64,000 nucleotides of DNA, from the NCBI GenBank assembly GCA_044344255.1, contig JBIJDH010000004.1, positions 32,001 through 96,000 of the forward strand, read 5' to 3'. Positions 1-9,937 of this stretch are shown here, in pieces. The stretch comes from Myxococcota bacterium. GTDB lineage: Bacteria > Myxococcota_A > UBA796 > UBA2385. Both the position numbers and the translations under genes were made by a program. Below the pieces are notes generated by a model. It searched no databases. It was not told where the DNA came from and was given only the letters and a program-made list of their open reading frames with translations. Positions within the stretch are counted from its first letter, which is position 1. Each line of letters opens with the position of its first letter.

Positions 1-1516
1 GCGTGGGATGGAGGGTCACCACCTGCCCCATCGTCACGGAGCGGGCCGGATCCGGGCGGAGCTCGACCTTCAGCTCGGGGCGGGGTGGCGCTTCGTGCTT
101 GACCTTGCGGAGCGCGTCGGTCGGCGGGGCGTCGTCCTCCGAGCGATCGATGGGGATCGCGGTGGACCGCGGCTCGGGCTTGGGCGGGACGTAGCCGGCG
201 GCAGGCCGGATGCGGAAGGTGCCCTCGGCGGTGGCGGGCTCGTCCCCGGATTCGCGGATGGTGAACGCCACCCGCACCCGGTAGCTGCCCGGGCCGAGGT
301 CGGTGATCTTGAAGCCGAAGCGGAAGCGGCCGCTGGGGTGGCGGTCTACCGAGTATGCGCAGTTCACGTTGCGCAGCCGCTCGTCCTTCTCGGCGTCAAA
401 GAAGGCGAGACCGCAGGCGATCTCCTCGTGCGTCTCGACCCCGGGGGAGCAGGCCACGGCCGTCGAGAAGGTGGGCTGGTCGTCGGTCGTGAAGCCCTCG
501 CTGCCCGGCTTCTGATCGATGATGAGCCGACCGACGTGGGTGACCGTCGGGTGCACCAGCGCTTGGATCTCTTCAATTCGGCCGAGCAGCTCATCGAGGC
601 GGCGGAACCGGTAGGGCGGCGAGGGGCTGGTCTCGCGGCTGAGGGCGCGGTTCAGGAGTGCGCTCAGGCGATCGCCGAGGCGGGTATGGAAGCGGGGGTT
701 GCTGTTCTCCCGCTTCAGCCGGTTGATCACCCGGTCTTTCAAGGTGACGAGGCGACTCTTGTCGAGCCCCTCGTCGGGGAGGTCGGGGAAGCGCTCCGCC
801 GGCTGACCGGGGTTGCTCATCGCGCCCCGGTAGAGGGCCATCGCGATGGCGTAGGCGTCTGTGGGCGGGCCGAGCGGCGGGCTCGAGGGCGCGGTGCGGA
901 CCTCGGGGGCGAGGTAAGGCTGGTGGCCGCCTGCCGCCGCCAGCAGGGCCGGCAGGGCCGCGCGGAAGGCCGGAGTGACCGGATCACTCAGGAAGACCGT
1001 ACCTTGGCTGTCGAGGAGGACGTTGGTGGGGCGCAGGTTCCCGTGGAAGGGGGCTTGCTCCTCCAAGGCGCGGAGCGCGCGCACCACGCCAGCGGTGATC
1101 GTGAGCAGCTCTTCGACGGTGCAGCCGCCTGCGACACGTCGATCGAGGGAGGCGGCGGCCTTGGGGAACAGCAGCGCAGGCGAGCCGTCCGGGAGGGACA
1201 GGCGGGAGTCGAGGGCGATGAGCCCTTGTCCTGCCGCGCCTTCGAGCAGCCGAGCCTGTTCGAGGAGGATCTCTCGACACTGGGAGACGAGGTCATCCTG
1301 GCCGGGCAGCTCGGAGGGGCCGTGCGCGATCTTGATGACCCAGTCTGCTCCCCCGTTCTCCTCCCGCGCGCTGAATGACCGCCCCCAAAGGCCGCGCCCA
1401 AGCAACGGTCCTACTTGGAACGAACGGCCGCGGCCGTCCCGGACGATGTCGCCGGTCTTCATCGGCAGCTTTCCACGGATGCGGGGAGGGGAGGATGACG
1501 AGGAGGGGTGGCTCAT
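1..1516 (-). CDS. Ser/Thr protein kinase-like protein, probable pseudokinase (3' end runs off the window)
   Basis: Not in the ORF track because no stop codon lies inside the window. Manual minus-strand translation from ATG 1516 (alternative 1462) gives the Gly-loop LGRGLWGRSF, VIK, HGNLRPTNV, SDPV and YLAPE, followed by a beta-rich domain and a Pro-rich tail. Confidence 0.8.
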   Translation of the reverse strand, partial: MSHPSSSSSPPRIRGKLPMKTGDIVRDGRGRSFQVGPLLGRGLWGRSFSAREENGGADWVIKIAHGPSELPGQDDLVSQCREILLEQARLLEGAAGQGLIALDSRLSLPDGSPALLFPKAAASLDRRVAGGCTVEELLTITAGVVRALRALEEQAPFHGNLRPTNVLLDSQGTVFLSDPVTPAFRAALPALLAAAGGHQPYLAPEVRTAPSSPPLGPPTDAYAIAMALYRGAMSNPGQPAERFPDLPDEGLDKSRLVTLKDRVINRLKRENSNPRFHTRLGDRLSALLNRALSRETSPSPPYRFRRLDELLGRIEEIQALVHPTVTHVGRLIIDQKPGSEGFTTDDQPTFSTAVACSPGVETHEEIACGLAFFDAEKDERLRNVNCAYSVDRHPSGRFRFGFKITDLGPGSYRVRVAFTIRESGDEPATAEGTFRIRPAAGYVPPKPEPRSTAIPIDRSEDDAPPTDALRKVKHEAPPRPELKVELRPDPARSVTMGQVVTLHPT

Positions 1517-1738
1517 GCCCGCTCGGGGGGGAGGGCTCCGAGGAGCCGGACCCGCCCGGGGTGGAGGTCTGGGGGTGACCTCCTGCGGGAGTGTAGCCGT
1601 GGGGTGGGCGAGGGTATCGGGGCCTTCTGCCCGTGTCAACGGAGCGCGGCGCGGGGTGCGCCGCTTCCTGCCCTGGCTTAGGCTCCGGTGGGCCGCCCAC
1701 CCCCTTCGGAGGACGCCCCATGCTGGAGGTCGCCCAGG

Positions 1739-3400
1739 ATGTCTGACGTCGTCCAGGTCGACAGTCCGCTCGACCGAAGCGGGAACGGCCCGTATCGCCT
1801 GCTCCGCGGGGTGGCCGACCGGCTGGTGCGGCGCTTCGACGCCGCGCTCTCCGATCCACGCGCCGCACAGCACGCCCGCCTCTCCGCCATCCTGGCCGGC
1901 AGCCGTGACACCGCCTTCGGACGGGAGCACGGCCTTGCGGGGGTTCGCACTCTCTCCGAGCTCCGCCGCGCGACGCCGATCCGCGGCTATGAGGCCCTTC
2001 GGCCCTGGTTCGACCGTGTAGCGGCAGGTGAGCAGGGGGTGCTCACCGAGGAGCGGGTGGAGATGCTGCTCGAGACGAGCGGCACCACGGGCCGCCCGAA
2101 GCACCTGCCGGTCACCGCGAGCTGGGCGCGCTCGGTCGCGGACGCACAGTCCTTGTGGATGCTCGGCCTTCTGCGAGAGCACGAGGCGGCCAGCCGCGGG
2201 CGTGCGCTCACCATCGTCTCACCGGCGGAGCACGCTCGGAGCCCGGGGGGGCTGCCCATCGGCGCCAACACGGGTCGGATGGTGCTCGCCCAGCCGTGGT
2301 GGGTCCGCGCCCGCTACGCGGTCCCGTATGAGGTCTTCGGCCTCGAGCCTGCTGAACTTCGTCAGTACGCGGTGCTCCGCTTCGCCCTCGGCGCTGAGGT
2401 CACGAGCTGGACCACCGCCAACCCCTCGACCATCCTCCTCTATGCGCGTCGGTTCGCCGAGTGGCGGGAGCCTCTGTCTCGAGATCTCGCCGCTGGCACG
2501 CTCCGACACGGGCCCGCCGCGGGGCTGGACCGCCTGCGGCGCCTCCGCTTGGAGCTCCACCTGCGGCGACGACCGCCTCCGACCGATTGGCGGCTCGGCC
2601 GAGTCTGGCCGCTCGCTTCGGTGAACTGTTGGAAGGGAGGGCCGGCCGGCTACTTCGTCGATCGGATCTCCGAGGCCCTGGGCGCGGACGTACCGGTCCG
2701 CGAAGTCGGGATCACCGCCAGCGAGGGCTTCTTCGCCATCCCGCTCCAGGAAGACTGGCCGGGCGGTGTGCTCTGGACGCTGGGGCACGTGCTGGAGTTC
2801 GTCGGCGCCGACGAGGAGCCGCGCGGCGCGTGGGAGCTCGAGCTCGGCGAGCGCTATCGCCTCGTCATCACGACGGAGGCCGGCCTGTTTCGGTACGACC
2901 TGCAGGACTTGGTGGAGGTCGTGGGCTTTTGTCGACAGACGCCCCTCGTCCGCTTTGTCGGAAAGGCGGGGCGGTACCTCAACACCACCGGGGAGCGGGT
3001 GTCGGAGGCCCAGGTGTCGGAGGCCATGCGGTCCGCCGCTGAAGAGACAGGGTTGCGCCCCATCGGCTTCTCGGTCCGGGTGCTTTGGGCCGAGGTCCCC
3101 GCCTATGAGCTGCTGGTCGAGCTCCCGGGGGTGACGCCCGCGGGGGCTGAGGTGGCCCTCGCGGCCGCTTTCGAGCGCGCCCTCCGTCGGCTGAACGTCG
3201 AATTTGATGGGAGGAGGGACAGCGCCCGCCTCGCGGGTGTGCGGGTCTCGCCCCTCCCGGCCCGGACCTATCAGCGCTTTCGGGCCGATCGGGTCGCCGA
3301 GGGCGCCCCGGAGGGCCAGGTGAAGGACCCCTTGCTCTTGGTCGACGACCGGGAGTGGGGGAGGCTCGCCGCCGCGAACCGTGATGGGAGGCCTACCTGA
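1739..3400 (+). CDS. GH3 family acyl-acid amido synthetase-like protein
   Basis: Motifs TAFGREHG, ETSGTTGRPKHLP, ASEG and FRYDLQD..FVGK are typical of the GH3 adenylate-forming family. ATG 1739 is preceded by GGAGG. Confidence 0.85.
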   Translation: MSDVVQVDSPLDRSGNGPYRLLRGVADRLVRRFDAALSDPRAAQHARLSAILAGSRDTAFGREHGLAGVRTLSELRRATPIRGYEALRPWFDRVAAGEQGVLTEERVEMLLETSGTTGRPKHLPVTASWARSVADAQSLWMLGLLREHEAASRGRALTIVSPAEHARSPGGLPIGANTGRMVLAQPWWVRARYAVPYEVFGLEPAELRQYAVLRFALGAEVTSWTTANPSTILLYARRFAEWREPLSRDLAAGTLRHGPAAGLDRLRRLRLELHLRRRPPPTDWRLGRVWPLASVNCWKGGPAGYFVDRISEALGADVPVREVGITASEGFFAIPLQEDWPGGVLWTLGHVLEFVGADEEPRGAWELELGERYRLVITTEAGLFRYDLQDLVEVVGFCRQTPLVRFVGKAGRYLNTTGERVSEAQVSEAMRSAAEETGLRPIGFSVRVLWAEVPAYELLVELPGVTPAGAEVALAAAFERALRRLNVEFDGRRDSARLAGVRVSPLPARTYQRFRADRVAEGAPEGQVKDPLLLVDDREWGRLAAANRDGRPT

Positions 3401-4587
3401 TGCTGTTGCTCCAAGTCCTGCTCGGCCTGGTCATCCTGCTCTGGGGAGGCGTGGCGCTCAAGGCTCGACGGGTCAAGCAGACCAACCGCTTTCGAGTGGG
3501 CGTCGAAGACCTCCCGCCGGAGTCGGCCGTCCGCGTCACCGTGGTCGTGCCCGCGCGCAACGAGGTCCACAACATCGGCCCTTGCGTGGAGTCGATCATC
3601 CGACAGGATCTCCCCGGCCTCCGCGCTGTGGTCCTCGATGATGGGAGCACCGACGGCACGGGCGCGCTGCTCCAGGGGCTCCTGGCCGGGAGCGAGGGGC
3701 GGCTGCGCCTCCTGAGCGGCGGCGACGCCCCCCTCCCGGCTGGGTGGAAGGGAAAGCCGTGGGCCTGTCAGCGGGCCTCGGAGGCGTCGATGGCGGACGC
3801 AGACCCGCCCGAGTGGCTCTTGTTCACCGACGCGGACGTCCGGCTGCACCCCCACGCGGCGGGCGCGGCCGTGGGCTACGCCACCCGCAACCACCTGCAG
3901 ATGATGTCGGGGATCGGGCGCCTCGAGATGGTGAGCTTCTGGGAGAAGGTGCTGCAGCCGATCGTCGCGGGGGCGATCGTCGCGGGCACCGATATTGAGA
4001 AGGTAAACGATCCGGCCCGCCGAAAGGGCAATCCCCTCGCGAACGGTCAGTTCATCTTGATTCGACGGGAGGCTTACCTTGCCATCGGCGGACACGGCGC
4101 CGTCCGCGACAATGTCCTCGACGACGTGGGAATGGCCACGGCGGTGTGCAAGGCGGGGATGGCCTACCAGATCGTCTACATGCGCAACCTGTTCAGCTGC
4201 CGGATGTACCACTCTTTCGATGAGCTCTGGAAGGGCTGGACGAAGAACCTCTTTGCGGGCATCGAATATCGGTGGGACCGCGTGGTGGGCGTCTCCATCT
4301 TTACGTTCCTCACCTCGGTCCTCCCCTACATTGTTGCGCTGGTGGGGCTCGTTGTCGGGCTGGACACCGTCACGCTCGGGCTGGCTTGGGGGGCGGTGCT
4401 CGCGATCCAGGTGATGCGCTACGTGCTCGACGGCATCTTCGAGCACGACCGGCGCTACGGGCTCAGCCACTTCCTGGGTAACGTCTTGTTCATCGCCTTG
4501 TTCTTCAACTCCGGCATCCGGACTGTGCAAGGTACGGCGGTGTGGAAGGGGCGGGCCCTCCAAATGCCCGGCGAGCCGAAGGCGTGA
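3400..4587 (+). CDS. Glycosyltransferase family 2 (carotenoid/hopanoid-type, membrane-bound)
   Basis: Motifs VVVPARNE, DDGSTD, GWKGKPWAC, FTDAD, NGQF and DD. N- and C-terminal transmembrane segments. TGATG overlap with the GH3 gene. Confidence 0.85.
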   Translation: MLLLQVLLGLVILLWGGVALKARRVKQTNRFRVGVEDLPPESAVRVTVVVPARNEVHNIGPCVESIIRQDLPGLRAVVLDDGSTDGTGALLQGLLAGSEGRLRLLSGGDAPLPAGWKGKPWACQRASEASMADADPPEWLLFTDADVRLHPHAAGAAVGYATRNHLQMMSGIGRLEMVSFWEKVLQPIVAGAIVAGTDIEKVNDPARRKGNPLANGQFILIRREAYLAIGGHGAVRDNVLDDVGMATAVCKAGMAYQIVYMRNLFSCRMYHSFDELWKGWTKNLFAGIEYRWDRVVGVSIFTFLTSVLPYIVALVGLVVGLDTVTLGLAWGAVLAIQVMRYVLDGIFEHDRRYGLSHFLGNVLFIALFFNSGIRTVQGTAVWKGRALQMPGEPKA

Positions 4588-5684
4588 TGACGGTGGACGG
4601 TGTGGTCGGGCGGGTGGCCCAGCTTTTGTCGGAGCCGATCGGAGCGCTCGAGCCGGGCGCTGTGACCCTCCTCCTTCGGTTCTCTTGCTCCGAGGCTGGG
4701 GATCGTCAGACGCGGGCCGCGGCGGTAGACCGGGCCGGGCGTGCGCTCACCCTCCAGTTCGCTGGCGGGGGGCGGCGCCGTGCCTTGGCGGAGCGCGTAG
4801 CGGGCGCGCTCCGCCGCCTCGGGGGCCACCACAAGGGGGGAGCAGGCTGGGATCTGGAGGCGAAGATCGAGGCGGCGCGCTGGCTCCGGGCGGCGGCAGA
4901 GCAGCAGAGCGCCGGGGGCCTCCGCGCCGAGGAGCGGAGCTCGTGGAGGGCTCAGGCGGAGGCGCTCCTCCATCAAAGCGCCGAGGAGCCGCTGTTGGTG
5001 GCCATCCTCAGCCAGGGCATGGTCCGCCTCGGGGCTGCGCCTCCCCCCGCCTTGGCGGCCTGGATGCGCACGCTCGCCGCCCACCCTCCAGGCTCCGGCT
5101 GGGGCCGAGGTATGGATCCGGCCTCGGCGGCGGAGTCGCAGGGGGAGCTCGTTCAGGCTGCGCTCGACGCCCACCGTCAAACGGCTGAGGCGCGCTGGCT
5201 CGAGGCCGCCCTCGAGGGCTCTCGAGCGCTCCGTCGGGGGGCGCTCGCGCTCGAGAGCCCCTCGCACCCCGCCGCGCTCACCGCCCTCCTCCGTGTGGAT
5301 CTCCTGCACCCGGTGGGGCGATCAGCCGCCGAGGCCGCCGCGCTCCGCAACCGGGCCTCCACTCTGGATCCTGCGCGGACGGCGGGAGCTGAGGATGTCG
5401 GCGCCGCCCTCTGGGCTTCCTCGCCGGGGCCCGTGGTGGCGATCACCGGCTTTTCACCTGTGGGCTCCGACGGAGCGCTCCACGCTGTCGCCGCGCGCTG
5501 GACGGGCCTGCACCGGACCGTGGTCTGCCTCGCCCCCGGTGAGTCGGCGCTCGGCGCGCGGCTCGGGGTCTTTGAGGGCCGGGCCTCCGATCGGCCCGTG
5601 GCGTGGGTCTGCCGGGGGGGCGCTTGCGAGCTGCCCACCGTCGATCCCGTTCGCCTGTCCCGGATCCTCGAGCGGTCGAGCTAA
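4584..5684 (+). CDS. Degenerate YyaL/thioredoxin-domain (SPATA20-like) helical protein
   Basis: C-terminal AWVCRGGACELPTVDP resembles the YyaL C-terminus. No N-terminal thioredoxin CxxC. Start overlaps the GT2 stop. Confidence 0.5.
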   Translation: MMTVDGVVGRVAQLLSEPIGALEPGAVTLLLRFSCSEAGDRQTRAAAVDRAGRALTLQFAGGGRRRALAERVAGALRRLGGHHKGGAGWDLEAKIEAARWLRAAAEQQSAGGLRAEERSSWRAQAEALLHQSAEEPLLVAILSQGMVRLGAAPPPALAAWMRTLAAHPPGSGWGRGMDPASAAESQGELVQAALDAHRQTAEARWLEAALEGSRALRRGALALESPSHPAALTALLRVDLLHPVGRSAAEAAALRNRASTLDPARTAGAEDVGAALWASSPGPVVAITGFSPVGSDGALHAVAARWTGLHRTVVCLAPGESALGARLGVFEGRASDRPVAWVCRGGACELPTVDPVRLSRILERSS

Positions 5685-6343
5685 CGGTTGGGGCGCCGCG
5701 CAGAAGCGACGGCCTCGAGGTCGCGTAGGCGATCTTGCAGCTCGCCGACACGGCGTTGCTCGGCGCCAAGTTGGGCTCGCAGCCGCTCGATCAGCGCCTC
5801 GGCGGTGACCCCGGCCTCTGAGGCCGCCGCCACCTCGGGTGCCGCGGACTCGGTGACGGGGAGCGCCCGTGGCTCCGGAGTATCGACCGGCCGGCTCGTC
5901 AGCGCCATCCTCGGCGTCGCGCCCCCGCGGGGGGCGGAGGCTGGGACGGCGGCCGCCCCGGGGAGGCCGATCACGGCAGCTGGATCCGTGAGCACGTACC
6001 GTCGGTACCCTCGCCCGACCGTCGGGAAGAGCTCATGCCAGTAGGTAGCCTCCAGGGCCTCGAGGTCTTCGTCCACCAGCGTGTCGAAGGTCCAAGCCGC
6101 TCGCGCGCCCTCACCGGGGATGTGAAAGAGCACGGCCGAGCGCAGGGCCTCGAGCTCCAGCTGCGGTTCAAGGCCCTTGGAGGCGGCGGGGGCGTCGACC
6201 GTGACACCGCCGCGCCCCACGCGCAGGAGGGCCCGGCCGTCGCTGGACTCGAAGCGGACCGCGAAGGGGCGGCGCTCGTCGTCCTCGCGGAGCAGCCAGA
6301 CGCGGGGCGCGGTGGGTTCAGCGGGGGGGGCGAGAGGTTGCAT
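5681..6343 (-). CDS. Hypothetical protein with C-terminal coiled coil
   Basis: Globular-looking N-terminal part (EATYWHELFP) and a heptad-like C-terminus. Stop overlaps the stop of the convergent gene. Confidence 0.55.
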   Translation of the reverse strand: MQPLAPPAEPTAPRVWLLREDDERRPFAVRFESSDGRALLRVGRGGVTVDAPAASKGLEPQLELEALRSAVLFHIPGEGARAAWTFDTLVDEDLEALEATYWHELFPTVGRGYRRYVLTDPAAVIGLPGAAAVPASAPRGGATPRMALTSRPVDTPEPRALPVTESAAPEVAAASEAGVTAEALIERLRAQLGAEQRRVGELQDRLRDLEAVASARRPNR

Positions 6344-6458
6344 CGAGCTGACCTTCAACACGAGTGGACGCGCTCGGGCCCGGTGGACGCCGAGCGGCGT
6401 CGCTTGCCTGAGGCGCGGGCCCCCCTTAACCCTTGGGGAATCCGCCCAGAGGTGTCCC

Positions 6459-6680
6459 ATGGCCGCGCCCCGCTCCGTCGTCTTTCGCATGGTTGGGGGG
6501 CTGTTGAAGCGCTTCTGGGTAAAGGTGATGGACCGCGTGGGCGGTCAGTTCGTCTCTGGGATGGCGGACACCTCGAGTGACGCGCCCTCCGCTGGCTACA
6601 CGCCGAAGCGAAAGCTCTACGAGCAGATGAAGCAAGCCTCCGAGGAGGCCGCGCACGGCCACGATCACGATCATCGCTGA
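6459..6680 (+). CDS. Small hypothetical protein with His-rich tail
   Basis: 73 aa, GAGGTG RBS upstream, ends HGHDHDHR. Confidence 0.55.
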   Translation: MAAPRSVVFRMVGGLLKRFWVKVMDRVGGQFVSGMADTSSDAPSAGYTPKRKLYEQMKQASEEAAHGHDHDHR

Positions 6681-6871
6681 CCCGCACTCCGGTGCTCCGG
6701 GGTCAATTCGGTCCGCGCCCGGACCTCGGTAGTGCCCGCCCCCCCGCGGTGAGGTTTCGCCTCCTGCAAGTGGGCCGCGGCGAGACAGCGCGGCGGCGAT
6801 TCCTGTAAGATTCGCGGCGCCGCTCTACCCCCAGCGTGCGCCTTGGTCTCCGAGCCTATAGCAGGGCCTCT

Positions 6872-8989
6872 ATGGCGTCCCGTACGGCTGTCTCGACCCC
6901 CCCGACCATCCTCGAGCGCCTCCGCTCGCAGGGGGACGTTTACCTTGCAGGATCCCTGATCGCCTTCATGGCGATCATGGTGATCCCGCTCCCTGCGCCG
7001 GCCCTCGACATCCTGCTCTCGCTGTCGGTCTCGATGAGCCTGCTCGTGCTCCTCGTCACCTTGTATGTCAAAAATCCGGTTGAATTCACCGTCTTCCCGA
7101 TGGTGCTGCTGGCGACGACCCTCTTCCGGCTCGCGCTCAACGTGGCGACCACGCGGCTCATCTTGCTCAACGGATCGGAGGGGCCTGACGCCGCGGGTCA
7201 TGTGGTGCGCACCTTCGGAGAGGTCGTCGTCGGCGGCAGCTATGTGGTCGGCCTCGTCGTGTTTGCGATCCTCATCGTCATCAACTTCGTCGTCATCACG
7301 AAGGGCGCGGGGCGAATCGCCGAGGTGGCGGCGCGCTTCACCCTCGACGCGATGCCCGGCAAGCAGATGGCGGTCGACGCCGAGCTCAACGCAGGCCTGA
7401 TTGACGAAAAGGCGGCCAAGAAGAGGCGGGAGGGCATCGCTCGGGAGGCCGACTTCTACGGATCGATGGACGGCGCCAGCAAGTTCATCCGCGGCGACGC
7501 GGTCGCGGGCATCCTGATCACGCTCATCAACATCGTGGGCGGCATCATCATTGGCGTCGTTCAGAAAGACATGCCGCTGAAGGAGGCGGTCCAGGTCTAC
7601 ACCGTGCTCACCATCGGTGACGGTCTGTTGAGTCAGGTCCCCGCTTTGATCATCAGCGCGGCCGCCGGCATGCTGGTGACCCGAGTTCCCGACACCGACG
7701 AGCAGAGCCTCCCAGCGCAATTCGGCCACCAGCTCTTCGGCTCTCACCGAGCGCTCGCCATGCTCTCGGCCTCGTTGATGGGCTTCATGGCGCTCCCCGG
7801 GCTGCGCCTGCCCTTCTTCCTGCTCGCGGCGGTGGCGGCCTTTGGTGCTTGGCGCGGCTGGAAGGCCGATCAGGAGCCCAAGCCAAAGGTGGCTGAGCAG
7901 CTCGAGGGCGTGGCCGTCCCGGAGAAGGCGGGTGAGCCGCCGGTCGAGACGCTCCTCCGCGTCGAGCCGCTCGCCATCGAGCTCGGTGTCGATCTCATCG
8001 GCCTCGTGGACGAAAAGAAGGGTGGCAACCTCGTCGAGCGCATCCAGCGCATCCGCCGTCAGGTGGCGCAAGACACCGGCCTCCTCGTGCCGCCGGTGCA
8101 CCTCCGCGACAACCTTCGCCTCGAAGGCAGTGAGTATCGGGTCTTGCTCCGCGGCGAGGAGGTCGGCCGCGGCAAGGTCACCCCACGGCAGCTCCTGGCG
8201 ATCAACCCCGGCGACGCGAGCGGGAACCTCCGCGGCCATCGGACGCGTGATCCTGTCTTTGGCCTCGAGGCCCTCTGGATCTCGGAGAGCCTGCGCCAGA
8301 AGGCGCAGGAGGCGGGCTACACGGTGGTCGATGTGCCCACCGTGGTCACCACCCACCTCACTGAGGTTCTGAACCAGCACGGCCACGAGCTCTTCGGCAG
8401 GCAGCAGCTGGCCGACCTGCTGGACCGCATCCAGGTCGACAACCCGCGCCTCGTCGAGGAGCTGATCCCCGAGCCCCTGAGTCGCAGCGTTGTGCTCCGC
8501 GTATTCCGCAACCTCCTTCGTGAGGGGGTGGCCATCCGTGATGCGCAGAGCATCCTCGAGGCGATGGCCGATCACGCGCCGCGCGTTCGTGATGCCGATG
8601 CGCTCACCGAATTCGTGCGCCAGCGCCTCTCTCGCCACATCACCCGTCGCTACTCGGGTGAGGCGGGCGTGGTCAACTACATCGGCCTCGCCGCGGACGC
8701 TGAGGAGGCGCTCTCGAGCTCGGTGACCTCCGGGGAGGGCGGCGCGCTCAATCTCGCGCTCGACCCGGAAGACGCGCGGCGCCTCCTCATCAGCCTGCGG
8801 AACGTCTCGGAGCAGTGGCGGGGCTCGGCAGACCTCGTGCTGCTGGTGCCGCCGCTCGTTCGGGGGCCGCTTCGTCGCCTCACCGAGAAGCTCCTCCCGC
8901 GCGTGGCGGTGCTCTCTCCAGGCGAGCTCCTGCCCACCGTGCGCCTCGAGCGTGTGGCGGCTGTCTCCCTCAAGTCGGCGGGGGCTTGA
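6872..8989 (+). CDS. flhA: Flagellar export gate protein FlhA
   Basis: FHIPEP signature RFTLDAMPGKQMAVDAELNAG...EADFYGSMDGASKFIRGDA, plus a large cytoplasmic domain. Confidence 0.97.
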   Translation: MASRTAVSTPPTILERLRSQGDVYLAGSLIAFMAIMVIPLPAPALDILLSLSVSMSLLVLLVTLYVKNPVEFTVFPMVLLATTLFRLALNVATTRLILLNGSEGPDAAGHVVRTFGEVVVGGSYVVGLVVFAILIVINFVVITKGAGRIAEVAARFTLDAMPGKQMAVDAELNAGLIDEKAAKKRREGIAREADFYGSMDGASKFIRGDAVAGILITLINIVGGIIIGVVQKDMPLKEAVQVYTVLTIGDGLLSQVPALIISAAAGMLVTRVPDTDEQSLPAQFGHQLFGSHRALAMLSASLMGFMALPGLRLPFFLLAAVAAFGAWRGWKADQEPKPKVAEQLEGVAVPEKAGEPPVETLLRVEPLAIELGVDLIGLVDEKKGGNLVERIQRIRRQVAQDTGLLVPPVHLRDNLRLEGSEYRVLLRGEEVGRGKVTPRQLLAINPGDASGNLRGHRTRDPVFGLEALWISESLRQKAQEAGYTVVDVPTVVTTHLTEVLNQHGHELFGRQQLADLLDRIQVDNPRLVEELIPEPLSRSVVLRVFRNLLREGVAIRDAQSILEAMADHAPRVRDADALTEFVRQRLSRHITRRYSGEAGVVNYIGLAADAEEALSSSVTSGEGGALNLALDPEDARRLLISLRNVSEQWRGSADLVLLVPPLVRGPLRRLTEKLLPRVAVLSPGELLPTVRLERVAAVSLKSAGA

Positions 8990-8992
8990 GCT

Positions 8993-9937
8993 GTGGTGAC
9001 CAAGGGCGGCCACCATCGGGTCCGGGTGCGGGCGATGTACGCAGCCGCCGAGCCCAGCGCGGCGCCGGTGGCGGCGGACCGGGTCCCTGAGAGTGAAGAG
9101 CCGACCGCCCCCTTGGATCCCGTGAGCGTAGGTGTCTACGGACGCGCCGGCCGAGTGACTGAGGGCCGTCGGATCGAGGGATGCACCCGCGAAGAGATCT
9201 GCGAGAAGTACCGGGGCCGCATCCTCATCATCGCGCGGCGCGTGGGTGAGCGACTCCCCGCCAGCTGTGAGATCGAGACGGCCGACCTCGCGGGCTTCGG
9301 CGCCATCGGCCTCCTCGAGGCCTTCGACCGCTTCGACGCCGAGCGAACAATTCTCTTCTCAACGTACGCGGAGTACCGCATCCGCGGGGCGATGATGGAC
9401 GCGCTCCGTCAGAATGACGCCTTCAGCCGGCACCGTCGCCAGATGGCGCGCAAGGTGCAGCTGGCCTCCGCGGCGCTGTTGTCGGAGCTCGGCCGGCCTG
9501 CGCGCCCGGAGGAGGTCGCCGCGCGGCTCGAGGTCGATCTCGCGACCTACTGGTCGGTGGTAGACCGCACCCTCCCCGTCTCCTTCGTGAGCTTCGACGC
9601 CCAGTCTACCGAAGGAGATGACCACTCTCCGCCCTTGTTGGAGACCCTGCACGCCGGGGAAGGGCAGGAGGCGCTGCAGGCCTTGATGGGTCAGGACGCC
9701 CGTCGCCTGCTGAAGGAGGCGATACTGGCGCTTCCGGAGCGGAAGCGCCAATGTGTGCTGCTATACTACGGCCGCGGTCTCAGCCTCGCTGAGGTAGCGG
9801 CCGTGTTTGACCTGACGTCGGCGCGGATCTGCCAGATCCTCTCTGCGGCGCGGATTGATCTCCGCGCGGCCCTGGAGGGGAAGATCTCGGTCGAAGACCT
9901 CGACGGCATGGATATCGCCAAGGTGGAGTCCTCTTGA
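8993..9937 (+). CDS. fliA: Flagellar sigma factor FliA/WhiG (sigma28)
   Basis: IGLLEAFDRFD..FSTYAEYRIRGAMMDALR and a region 4 HTH. Flagellar context. Start uncertain (8993 or 9035). Confidence 0.9.
   Translation: MVTKGGHHRVRVRAMYAAAEPSAAPVAADRVPESEEPTAPLDPVSVGVYGRAGRVTEGRRIEGCTREEICEKYRGRILIIARRVGERLPASCEIETADLAGFGAIGLLEAFDRFDAERTILFSTYAEYRIRGAMMDALRQNDAFSRHRRQMARKVQLASAALLSELGRPARPEEVAARLEVDLATYWSVVDRTLPVSFVSFDAQSTEGDDHSPPLLETLHAGEGQEALQALMGQDARRLLKEAILALPERKRQCVLLYYGRGLSLAEVAAVFDLTSARICQILSAARIDLRAALEGKISVEDLDGMDIAKVESS

Noticed and set aside
8..1378. 456-aa + strand ORF
   Set aside because: Antisense shadow of the minus-strand kinase-like gene, with no recognisable motifs.
6680..6871. 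Attachment sites or direct repeats bounding the flagellar cluster (compared with 43045-43100)
   Set aside because: No shared repeat, integrase or tRNA was visible.
6671..9016. Long minus-strand ORFs opposite flagellar genes (also 18843-20252, 27142-28818, 28479-30116, 41098-42834)
   Set aside because: High-GC shadow ORFs antisense to well-supported genes.
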